The notes below the pieces were generated by a model. The model saw only the letters and a program-made list of their open reading frames with translations. It had not been told where the DNA came from and ran no database searches. A stretch of 64,000 bases of DNA from contig JAJZGO010000001.1 in NCBI GenBank assembly GCA_021798415.1, positions 11,982 through 75,981 on the forward strand, in the 5' to 3' direction. Both the position numbers and the translations under genes were made by a program. Positions 19,233 through 26,621 of this stretch are shown here, piece by piece (within the stretch, counting starts at the first letter, position 1; each line of letters opens with the position of its first letter). Origin of the DNA: Thermoplasmata archaeon. GTDB taxonomy: Archaea > Thermoplasmatota > Thermoplasmata > Lutacidiplasmatales > UBA184.

Positions 19233-21182
19233 TTACTTCGGGGCCTGAACGGGTCGGCCGTACGTGGAAAGGAGCTCCACGAATCGCGGGTCTCTCCTCG
19301 CTCCCGCCAGCAGTGGAGACATTCGAATTCGCGCGGCCTGCATCGTATGCGCCTTCGCTGAGGCGAACATCACTTCAAAAAACCGGTCGAGGTCGCCCAG
19401 GGCGTAGTGGATGAATCCGATCGACGACAGGCGCGCGTATCCCTCGTGAGAGGCCTCCCGGAGCTTCTCGATCGCTTTCGTCGCCGTGGCTCGATCCCCT
19501 TTCAGCGCGGCGAGGTATCCTCTGCAGAGGAGGGCGGGGTCGCTCGACGGAGCGATGCGCTCGAGTTCCTTCACCATGAGTTCCGCTTGCTCGTAATCTC
19601 GCTTGAGCATGTAACAGTCCGCAAGCCCCCGGTAGGAGTCGACCGGGGACTCATCGATTTTCTGCTTCCAGTGTCTCATGGCATCATCGAGCCGGCCCGA
19701 GAAGAAGTAGGCGTTCCCCATCGATCGGATCGTTGGGGGCGAAAGAGGGTCCAGTCGGAACGCCTCTTCTGCCTGATCGACGTAGGCTTCGATGATCCCG
19801 AGGGACCCGGCAAGTGCTCCCAGTATAGTATGCGCCTGGGCCAAGTTGGGGTTCAACTCCAACGCCCTCCGCACTTCTCGGTCGAGGACGTCCGCCGGCT
19901 CGTCCGCCATGAACGCAATCTCGGCTCGCAAGCCATGCGCCTCGGCCAAGTCCGGGTCGATCGCGATGGCCCTTTCCGCGGCGGCCCTGCCGAAATTGCA
20001 GGCTTCGAGCCAGGACATGAGGTCTTCGTTGCCCAGCCCGATGTATGCGCGCGCCATGCCGGCGTACGCTCGCGCGAACGTCGGGTCGGTCTTGAGCGCC
20101 TTCTGGAAGAACTCGAGGGAGTGCCGCAACGAGCTCTCGTCGGTCTTCCACATCAACGATTGGCCCTGGAGATACAGGAGGTAGGCCTCGGTTTCGGTGG
20201 GCTTCTCGAGCTCGTGGGTCGGGGACTTTGCTATCTGAAGACCCCCCGGCAGGGCGGTCGCAACTTTCGTCGCGATGTCACCCTGAACGGCGAAGATGTC
20301 GTCGAGGTCATCGTCGTACTTCGCCGTCCAAAGATGTTCCTCGGTAGCCACGTCGATCACTTGGACCGTCACACGGATTCGGTTTGCCGACCGGCGGACG
20401 CTCCCTTCCACAACGGTCCCCACCCCAAGCTCCTTCCCGATTGCGGCGACCGTCTTCTCCGTCTTCTTGTAGCCGGTGACCGAAGTTCGGGCGATCACCT
20501 TCAGACCCGGGACCAGCGAGAGGTTCGCGATGAGCTCCTCGGTGAGGCCATCCGCGAAGTACTCATCGGACGGATCGGGACTGATGTTGGCGAAGGGGAG
20601 TACTGCGATGCGGTTCTTGTCCGCGGCACGCGAATCGTCCGCCCCCGGCCCGCCGTCACTATCCGTCCAGGGGAACACGACCCGATAGACGTCGATCGGG
20701 ACTTGGATCCCTTTCATCGCTTTCGGTTGAACCTTCTCCAACTTCTCGGCTACCTTAGTTCGAACCTGTTCGAAGACAGCGCTCGACACACAGACGCCCC
20801 CGGGTTCGGCCAAGGGTTCGATCCGGGACGCGATGTTGACGGCATCTCCGAGGATGTCACTCCCATCTTGGACGACGTCCCCCAGATGAACCCCGATCCG
20901 GATCCGAATGGGAGCCTGACCCCCTTCTGAGTTCCGCTCGTAAATACGACGCTGTATGTTTACCGCGCACTGCACGGCCCTGAGCGCGCTGTCGAACTCG
21001 ACCAGGAAACCGTCGCCGGTCGATTTGATTTCCCGACCCTGGTGAAGGGCCAGGATGGGCCGGAGAAGGTCCACCTGTTGGCGAAGCGAGTCGAGGGCGC
21101 GCCCTTCGTTCGCCTGCGTGGACGACGTGAATCCCACCGTGTCGGTGAACATTACGGCAGCCAGACGGCGGCCCTGGGCCAC
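19233..21182 (-). CDS. class III adenylate/guanylate cyclase domain - TolB-N-like linker - TPR repeat protein
   Basis: AAVMFTDTVGFTS...KSTGDGFLVEFDSA...RIGVHLGDVV...GDAVNIASRIE (CYC domain), IAVLPFANISPDPSDEYFADGLTEELI, then multiple TPR-like repeats. GTG start. Confidence 0.85.
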   Translation of the reverse strand: MAQGRRLAAVMFTDTVGFTSSTQANEGRALDSLRQQVDLLRPILALHQGREIKSTGDGFLVEFDSALRAVQCAVNIQRRIYERNSEGGQAPIRIRIGVHLGDVVQDGSDILGDAVNIASRIEPLAEPGGVCVSSAVFEQVRTKVAEKLEKVQPKAMKGIQVPIDVYRVVFPWTDSDGGPGADDSRAADKNRIAVLPFANISPDPSDEYFADGLTEELIANLSLVPGLKVIARTSVTGYKKTEKTVAAIGKELGVGTVVEGSVRRSANRIRVTVQVIDVATEEHLWTAKYDDDLDDIFAVQGDIATKVATALPGGLQIAKSPTHELEKPTETEAYLLYLQGQSLMWKTDESSLRHSLEFFQKALKTDPTFARAYAGMARAYIGLGNEDLMSWLEACNFGRAAAERAIAIDPDLAEAHGLRAEIAFMADEPADVLDREVRRALELNPNLAQAHTILGALAGSLGIIEAYVDQAEEAFRLDPLSPPTIRSMGNAYFFSGRLDDAMRHWKQKIDESPVDSYRGLADCYMLKRDYEQAELMVKELERIAPSSDPALLCRGYLAALKGDRATATKAIEKLREASHEGYARLSSIGFIHYALGDLDRFFEVMFASAKAHTMQAARIRMSPLLAGARRDPRFVELLSTYGRPVQAPK

Positions 21183-21204
21183 GAGGGTGGGATGGACTAG
21201 GACG

Positions 21205-21210
21205 TATAAG
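21205..21210 (-). promoter_or_regulatory. candidate TATA element upstream of the cyclase gene
   Basis: The minus strand reads CTTATA 23-28 nt upstream of the GTG start, compatible with a leaderless or short-leader archaeal transcript. Confidence 0.3.
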
Positions 21211-22022
21211 CATGCGCACGAGGAGACTCAGGACGTGCGTCGCGCTCTCAGGGGTGGAACTCGACCCTTCGATCGCACACCTGCTTCGGCATTCCCGGTG
21301 GAACGGAGAAGCGCATCGGTTCGGCTTGCGGGCCGAATAGAGATCCCCGAGTCCAATCGTCTAAACCGGCCACGCGCGGCACTCAATGCCTCGGTCGTTG
21401 TGATTCCATCGAAGACGGTGAGGGTGAGGGCGGCGACCGTTGGACGAGGAAACCGCCTCGAGGACGAGCGGGATGGGGACAGACGCGTGGCGACGAGGCC
21501 GCGGTCCGCCCCGAGCACGACCTACTTCGAGGAAAGAGGGGGCGTACATGACGCGCCGATCGAGACCGTCCGAGACTTCATGCAAGAAGGCGAGGATTCC
21601 CACCCCAAGGCTCTCCGCGATACGCTTCGGAACATCGAGGCGATGGGGCCCCGAGCCCGGGACCGTTTTGCGAGTCCGACACTCCACCACGCCTCGCCGG
21701 TGGCTTCTGAAGTTGTCCCGGCTGCGTCCCCACATGGAGGCCCACTCGGCGCACCAGGTGTCGGCATCGCGGGCCGCAGGGAAGCGTGAGGAGACCTCAC
21801 GACCCTCCGGAGTGACTCGAACGAATTCACTCAAAAGCATCCTCGAGGTCTTTCTATCGCCTTCGCGTGTTCGGGCGTTGGCCAGAGTTTGGCGGGCGGG
21901 CCATCAAATGAACCTCGAGAAGGTTTGGGCCGACGCGGCGAGGGGCCGGTCGGATGGCGATGGGGGTCGGTCCGGGGGCGAAACGGTGACACGCCGGGGG
22001 ACCCGGGAGAAGTGCGGCTGCC

Positions 22023-22382
22023 ATGGTAGCTAGGACCCGAGCTCGGCGGCCGGTGGGGAATCGAGGTTTGTCCGCGCTGGCCCGGCTGCGACGCGTTATC
22101 GCGAACGTGCCGCGAGGGAAGGTGATCACGTACGGCCAAGTGGCCGATGCCGCTGGGATTCCGGGCGCCGCCCGTCTCACCGTGCGGGCGCTGTACCGGG
22201 GGGCCGACTTGCCTTGGCACCGGGTAGTGGCCGCGGGCGGCCGGATCGCCCTGACGGGAGACGACGGCCGGGAACAGCGCCTACGCCTGAGCGTGGAGGG
22301 CGTGGCTTTCCGAGGGGGCCGGGTCCGAATGGATCTCCACAACTGGACCCCACGAATCCGTAGGGCGCATCGAGATCTGTAA
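22023..22382 (+). CDS. alkyltransferase-like (ATL) protein, MGMT DNA-binding domain without the acceptor Cys
   Basis: VPRGKVITYGQVA...LPWHRVV: the PCHRV active-site motif of O6-alkylguanine transferases reads PWHRV, as in ATL proteins. Confidence 0.8.
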   Translation: MVARTRARRPVGNRGLSALARLRRVIANVPRGKVITYGQVADAAGIPGAARLTVRALYRGADLPWHRVVAAGGRIALTGDDGREQRLRLSVEGVAFRGGRVRMDLHNWTPRIRRAHRDL

Positions 22383-22487
22383 GCGGAACCGCGGTCCCGT
22401 AACGAGACTTCCGCCGGCAGCCACGCTAGCTGCAGCCGTTCTTCCCGGGGGCAATGAATTTAGGCCACATAGTTGCCAGTGGGTGGT

Positions 22488-23252
22488 ATGGCCGGCCCAT
22501 TCTGCATGAAGTGCGGCGCCGCTCGCCCTCCGGACGCGGGCTTCTGCCCCAGTTGCGGCGCGCCTACCGTCGGCGCCCCCCTTCCTACGGCGACCGCGTC
22601 GGTCGCGCCCCCTGCACTGACTTTCGGGGCTCCGAACGTGAACGCCCCCGCCGCTATCGGGAGTGTCGCGGCCCTTGGACTCCAAGGGCGGAGGAACTTC
22701 CTGGTCCAGCACCAGATCTTGTCGTTGGGGCACAGCTACCGCGTGATGGACACGGAGAATAGACACCTGTTCACCGTCGAAGGCAACGCGGGGCAGAATC
22801 TCTCGGGAAACGTCCTGGGTGGGATCCTGGGCGGGTCCGATTCCTATCTCGGCCGACTGGCCGCTCGAAGCACCAACATGACCTACGCTCTCGTGAACGC
22901 GAACGGCGTCGGTCTCGGCACGATCATGAAGGAGGGAGGAGCGAACCAATCCACCTTCACACTGGCGGACTCCTCCGGCCAGCGGCTGTTCGTGATCACG
23001 CTCCAGCGGGGAGCGATGGGCGGGATCACCGCAACCGCCGTGGGGGCTGACGGAAGGCCGATGCTTCAGACGAGCGGGAACCTGGTCCGCCACAACTTCG
23101 TCATCAGGGATCCCACCGGGAACGAACTCGCCAAGGTTCACGAGGCCTGGGTCGCGATCCGGGACACCTACAACGTCGACATCATCGGGAGCATCGACCC
23201 GGTGTACCCGCTCGTCTTCACGATCTTGATCGACTTCGAGAAGGTCAAGTAA
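22488..23252 (+). CDS. zinc-ribbon + LURP-one-related/scramblase-like (DUF567, tubby-C fold) protein
   Basis: N-terminal FCMKCGA...FCPSCGA double CxxC. The body has SLGHSYRVMDTENRHLFTVEG...FVIRDPTGNELAKVHE...DTYNVDI, typical of LOR/DUF567. Confidence 0.6.
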   Translation: MAGPFCMKCGAARPPDAGFCPSCGAPTVGAPLPTATASVAPPALTFGAPNVNAPAAIGSVAALGLQGRRNFLVQHQILSLGHSYRVMDTENRHLFTVEGNAGQNLSGNVLGGILGGSDSYLGRLAARSTNMTYALVNANGVGLGTIMKEGGANQSTFTLADSSGQRLFVITLQRGAMGGITATAVGADGRPMLQTSGNLVRHNFVIRDPTGNELAKVHEAWVAIRDTYNVDIIGSIDPVYPLVFTILIDFEKVK

Positions 23253-23649
23253 AGCCCGTTCTCCTAGGGGAGGTGGCCCCGGGGTGCGACGGGTGACGCT
23301 CGGAGCATCCGCAGCGTCATCGCCTCGTGTTTCCGGATGGCTCTCTGGGCACCCGACCTTACTTGATCTCCGCGATGCTGGCTCGCCCATCGTTCCGCCC
23401 TCTCGCGCGAAGTCCCGGGTGCCACATGGGTGGCAACCACCCGCTCCTCGGGCCGATGGAACGCGTTCGTCAGCCTACCGGCCCGAGCTACCCGCAGATC
23501 GACAAAACAACCCCACGACGAACCGAGGGACCGCTTCCGTGGTCGGCCCCCCGGGCGGACCGGGTTTCGGAGTGCGGAGAGGGTCGGGTTGGGACGGACC
23601 GAGCCGGCGGGTTGATTAGTCCGAACAACGCACTACCTCGTGGGAAGAC

Positions 23650-23880
23650 ATGTTGCGCTACGGTCTTCTTGGCGGTACTCGACCACCCCTTCCCTGGGAG
23701 TTCTTCGTCACTCTCGGAGGGGCCGCTCTCGTTGCCGGAGTGCTCTACGTCGTCCTGTTCCCTTTCTGGAGCACCTATCCGGCGGTAGGACTCGTCGAGA
23801 CGACGGCCTTCGGAGTGGCCGGAAGTATCCTGATCGCGGTCGGGGGGATTCGACGAGGACGGACCCCGAAGCGGGCCTGA
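23650..23880 (+). CDS. small putative membrane protein (2 TM)
   Basis: Two clear hydrophobic helices (FFVTLGGAALVAGVLYVVLFPFW; AFGVAGSILIAVGGI) ending in a basic tail. Confidence 0.4.
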   Translation: MLRYGLLGGTRPPLPWEFFVTLGGAALVAGVLYVVLFPFWSTYPAVGLVETTAFGVAGSILIAVGGIRRGRTPKRA

Positions 23881-24121
23881 TCGGAGGCGTGCGGTCTGCC
23901 GCAGCGACAGGACGAGGCAGTCGGTGGAGAGTGGCGTCGCACTTCCCGGCAGGCGAGGGCAGCCGCTCGAAACGGTCTGGATGCGGATCGCCCTTCGGTC
24001 CGCAGGATGTCCCCGTCCCGATCACCGGCTCGCGGCGCGTCGATCCTGACTGCGGTAGCTATTGCGCCCGCCGCCCGATCGCGGCGCGTGAGTCTTGCGG
24101 TGGGGTAACTGCGCCTCCGCA

Positions 24122-24781
24122 CTATCTGCGCCGCGGATAGGGTGCCGACCTCCGCGAGAGGAATCCGATGTAGGAGGAGAGCGCGCCGTCCTCCCGACCG
24201 GGGTTGAACTCCACCCGAGTGAACAGGAACCGCGACTCGAGGGCCGCAGCCACCTCCTGCACGGACGGGCGATGAGGCGGGCCCATGGGCGCGGTGTGCT
24301 CGCGCGCCACCCAGGCGAGAACGAAACTCCCGCCGGGCCGGAGCACTCGGTGAACCTCCCTCGCGTAGTCTCCTCTTCGAGACATGGGAAGGGTGTGGAA
24401 GCAACCATGGTCGACGACCCCATCGAGACAACCGTCGGCGAACCTCAACGCCAACGCGTCCCCCTCTTGGATGTCCGCAACGACATGCGCCTCGGCCGCG
24501 CGGGCGCGGGCGGCCGTCACGGCGCCGGGGGAGAGGTCGACTCCGTGCGCGCGGAAACCGCTCTTCCCGAGGAAGAGAACGTTCGATCCTGCGCCACAGC
24601 CTATGTCGAGGACTTCGCCGCCTTTCGGCAGGAACCCGTCCGCCACCGCGAGTTTCACGGATAAGCTCGGCCCGGGTTCGAACCAGGGGAGCCGGTCGTA
24701 GGGGAGCCGCTCGTACGTCGCTCGCCACGAGGCTCGGTGGGAGGGCGAGCTACCCCGCTTCGCGCGCATCGACTTGGTCAT
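24122..24781 (-). CDS. class I SAM-dependent methyltransferase
   Basis: VLDIGCGAGSNVLFLGKSGFRAHGVDLSPGAV (motif I / post-I). Start is taken at ATG 24781; the track ORF starts at 24838. Confidence 0.8.
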   Translation of the reverse strand: MTKSMRAKRGSSPSHRASWRATYERLPYDRLPWFEPGPSLSVKLAVADGFLPKGGEVLDIGCGAGSNVLFLGKSGFRAHGVDLSPGAVTAARARAAEAHVVADIQEGDALALRFADGCLDGVVDHGCFHTLPMSRRGDYAREVHRVLRPGGSFVLAWVAREHTAPMGPPHRPSVQEVAAALESRFLFTRVEFNPGREDGALSSYIGFLSRRSAPYPRRR

Positions 24782-25259
24782 CTGTCGTTCCTCGCCCCGA
24801 CGGTCGCCGCTAAAGCCCCTCATCTGCGCGGACCTCATGAATCGATCACGTGCCCGATCCGTGGGCTAGCGACCGTCGAAACTGCGGGGGATGCCCGTAG
24901 CGAGGTACTCGAGCGCGCACCGGAGTCGACCCGGGTGGGCGGGGGGATGCGCGCGTGACCCACCACGGACTTCAGTCGGTCCAACGATGACCGCCTCGTC
25001 AAGAGTGGCGGACTTCCGGGTCCGGGGCCGGTCCTCCACAGGGGATCGATCACCGTCGCGGGTCGATCGAAGCCATCACCAGGGCAGTGAGGGCGTGTGC
25101 CTCGCCCAAGCTTTCGATTCTCGGTAGGGTGAGCCCGAGGCGCGTGACCTCTCCGGGCGGTTCCTGCCCCGGGGGTCCGACCCGTGGGCGGACGGCGCGA
25201 GGTCCGGTCGAACTACGGCGGGGTCCCTTCGGGAGGCGTGACACGATCGATCACCGGAA

Positions 25260-25335
25260 TGGGCCCGGACGGATTTGAACCGTCGACCGACCGGTTATGA
25301 GCCGGTCGCTCTGAACCGGACTAAGCTACGGGCCC
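25260..25335 (-). tRNA. tRNA with CAU anticodon (elongator Met, or Ile2 if C34 is agmatinylated)
   Basis: rc folds as GGGCCCG-UA-GCUU-AGUCCGGUUCA-GAGC-G-ACCGG-CUCAUAA-CCGGU-CGGUC-GACGG-UUCAAAU-CCGUC-CGGGCCC-A. G1-C72 argues against an initiator. No encoded CCA. Confidence 0.9.
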
Positions 25336-25354
25336 ACGCCCGATCGGCTCGGGG

Positions 25355-25458
25355 CGCCGCCGAGCGGATTTGGGGGCCGACGGCGCGGCTCCGTCGGCCT
25401 TTCGAACCGCTGACCTTTCGGTTAACAGCCGATCGCTCTGCCACTGAGCTACGGCGGC
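25355..25458 (-). tRNA. tRNA-Asn (GUU) containing a 32-nt intron in the T-loop
   Basis: rc: GCCGCCG-UA-GCUC-AGUGGCA-GAGC-G-AUCGG-CUGUUAA-CCGAA-AGGUC-AGCGG-[39 nt]-CCGCU-CGGCGGC-G. Removing 32 nt restores a 7-nt UUCAAAU/UUCGAAU loop. One A27:A43 mismatch. Confidence 0.8.
25372..25403 (-). other. putative tRNA intron (one of several equivalent 32-nt registers)
   Basis: Contains a 9-bp hairpin GGCCGACGG/CCGUCGGCC with a 7-nt loop. 7 nt lie on each side between the hairpin and the T-stem. Confidence 0.6.
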
Positions 25459-25484
25459 ACCGACGCGGCCGAGCCGACATCGCG

Positions 25485-25491
25485 CTAATAG
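25485..25491 (-). promoter_or_regulatory. candidate TATA element for the tRNA-Asn/tRNA-Met pair
   Basis: The minus strand reads CTATTAG 27-33 nt upstream of tRNA-Asn position 1. It overlaps the TAG stop of the upstream wHTH gene. The two tRNAs are only 19 nt apart, so they are probably co-transcribed. Confidence 0.35.
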
Positions 25492-25883
25492 CCTTTCCGG
25501 CCCGCCGGACCGTGGCCCGCGTGCTCGGCGGCACGCCCCTTGAGCCGCTGGATGAGCGCCGACACGCGGTCCAGCGACGCGTTGAGGTTCGTCCAGAACT
25601 CGACCGCCTTATCCGTGACCACCGCACCGTCCGCGCTCGGTTGGATCACTCCGTCGCGCTCGAGCAGGTGCAGGGAGTACCTCGTCTTGTGAATCGGCAA
25701 CTGGAGGGCCTCGCTGAGCCGAATGATGCCGATCGGCGGGCTCTTCGAGAGCTTCTCGAGAATCTCCACGTTCCGGGCGAGAAGCTCGAGCTCCTCTTCG
25801 ATGCGGTCGACGAGCTGGGCGGCCTCGGACGACCCCGGGGCCCCTCCTTCTTCGTCAGGGTGGCCCTCCTTTCCGAACGGCAT
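25485..25883 (-). CDS. winged-helix transcriptional regulator-like protein
   Basis: ILEKLSKSPPIGIIRLSEALQLPIHKTRYSLHLLERDGVI is a helix-turn-helix plus wing pattern. Acidic N-terminus. Confidence 0.55.
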   Translation of the reverse strand: MPFGKEGHPDEEGGAPGSSEAAQLVDRIEEELELLARNVEILEKLSKSPPIGIIRLSEALQLPIHKTRYSLHLLERDGVIQPSADGAVVTDKAVEFWTNLNASLDRVSALIQRLKGRAAEHAGHGPAGRKGY

Positions 25884-26114
25884 GCTCGGGCACCGGAGTC
25901 GAATACGCCTACATCAACATTGTCGGGGCCCGTTACGGAGGGTCAGCTGCGGCCCTCCCACGAAAGCGCTGGTCTAGGAAGGGGACGTCGACCCCCGAGC
26001 TCCGTCTCTCTGCGCGCCGGCCCCGCTGGCCTTCCGGGCCTCTCACCCTCGGTCGTCCACCACCTAAACAGAGCGTCATAAATAATTGCGCGTGTATGGG
26101 ACCTTCGAGGTCCT

Positions 26115-26621
26115 ATGCGTCCGCTGACGGCCCCCGACGCGGAGAATGTGATCCTCGCCCTCCAGGACGAGATCCGACGGTCCGACGAATCCCGGTACGA
26201 CCACCGCCTCCACGGACTCCTCCTCGTGGCTCAGGGGATGACCGCCCCCGAGGTGAGCCGCATGCTCGGTGACTCCCCCCGAATGGTACAGTACTGGGTC
26301 CATCGGTTCGAGGAGGAGGGCCTCTCTGGGCTGGCCGAGGGCAATCGACCCGGCCGCCCTCGCCGCCTTACCGAAGTTCAGATGCGCTCCGTCGAAGCCA
26401 CTCTCCGGAAGCGGCCCGAGGATGTTGGGCTCACCGGCACCCTCTGGGACGGCAAGACCCTCTCCGCCTACCTCGAGCGTCAGTTCGACGTCGACCTTGG
26501 GGTGCGCCAGTGCCAGCGTCTCTTCCGCCAGCTCGGGTTCCGACTGCGGAAGCCTCGCCCGTTGCTCTCTCACGGCGACCCCACACTTCAGGCGGCCCAC
26601 AAAAAAAACTCCAGACACTGA
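26115..26621 (+). CDS. IS630 transposase, N-terminal HTH part (orfA)
   Basis: HTH-rich N-terminus (MTAPEVSRMLGDSPRMVQYWVHRFEEEGLSGL; LGVRQCQRLFRQLGF). Terminates just after the A8 run. Confidence 0.85.
   Translation: MRPLTAPDAENVILALQDEIRRSDESRYDHRLHGLLLVAQGMTAPEVSRMLGDSPRMVQYWVHRFEEEGLSGLAEGNRPGRPRRLTEVQMRSVEATLRKRPEDVGLTGTLWDGKTLSAYLERQFDVDLGVRQCQRLFRQLGFRLRKPRPLLSHGDPTLQAAHKKNSRH

Noticed and set aside
23253-23649. 400-bp spacer after the LOR-like gene, with track ORFs of 111 and 153 aa and a GTGCCAC/GTGGCAA hairpin
   Set aside because: The ORFs are Arg/Pro/Ser-rich with no motif and overlap a long antisense shadow ORF. The hairpin is short and imperfect. Nothing here is specific enough to call.
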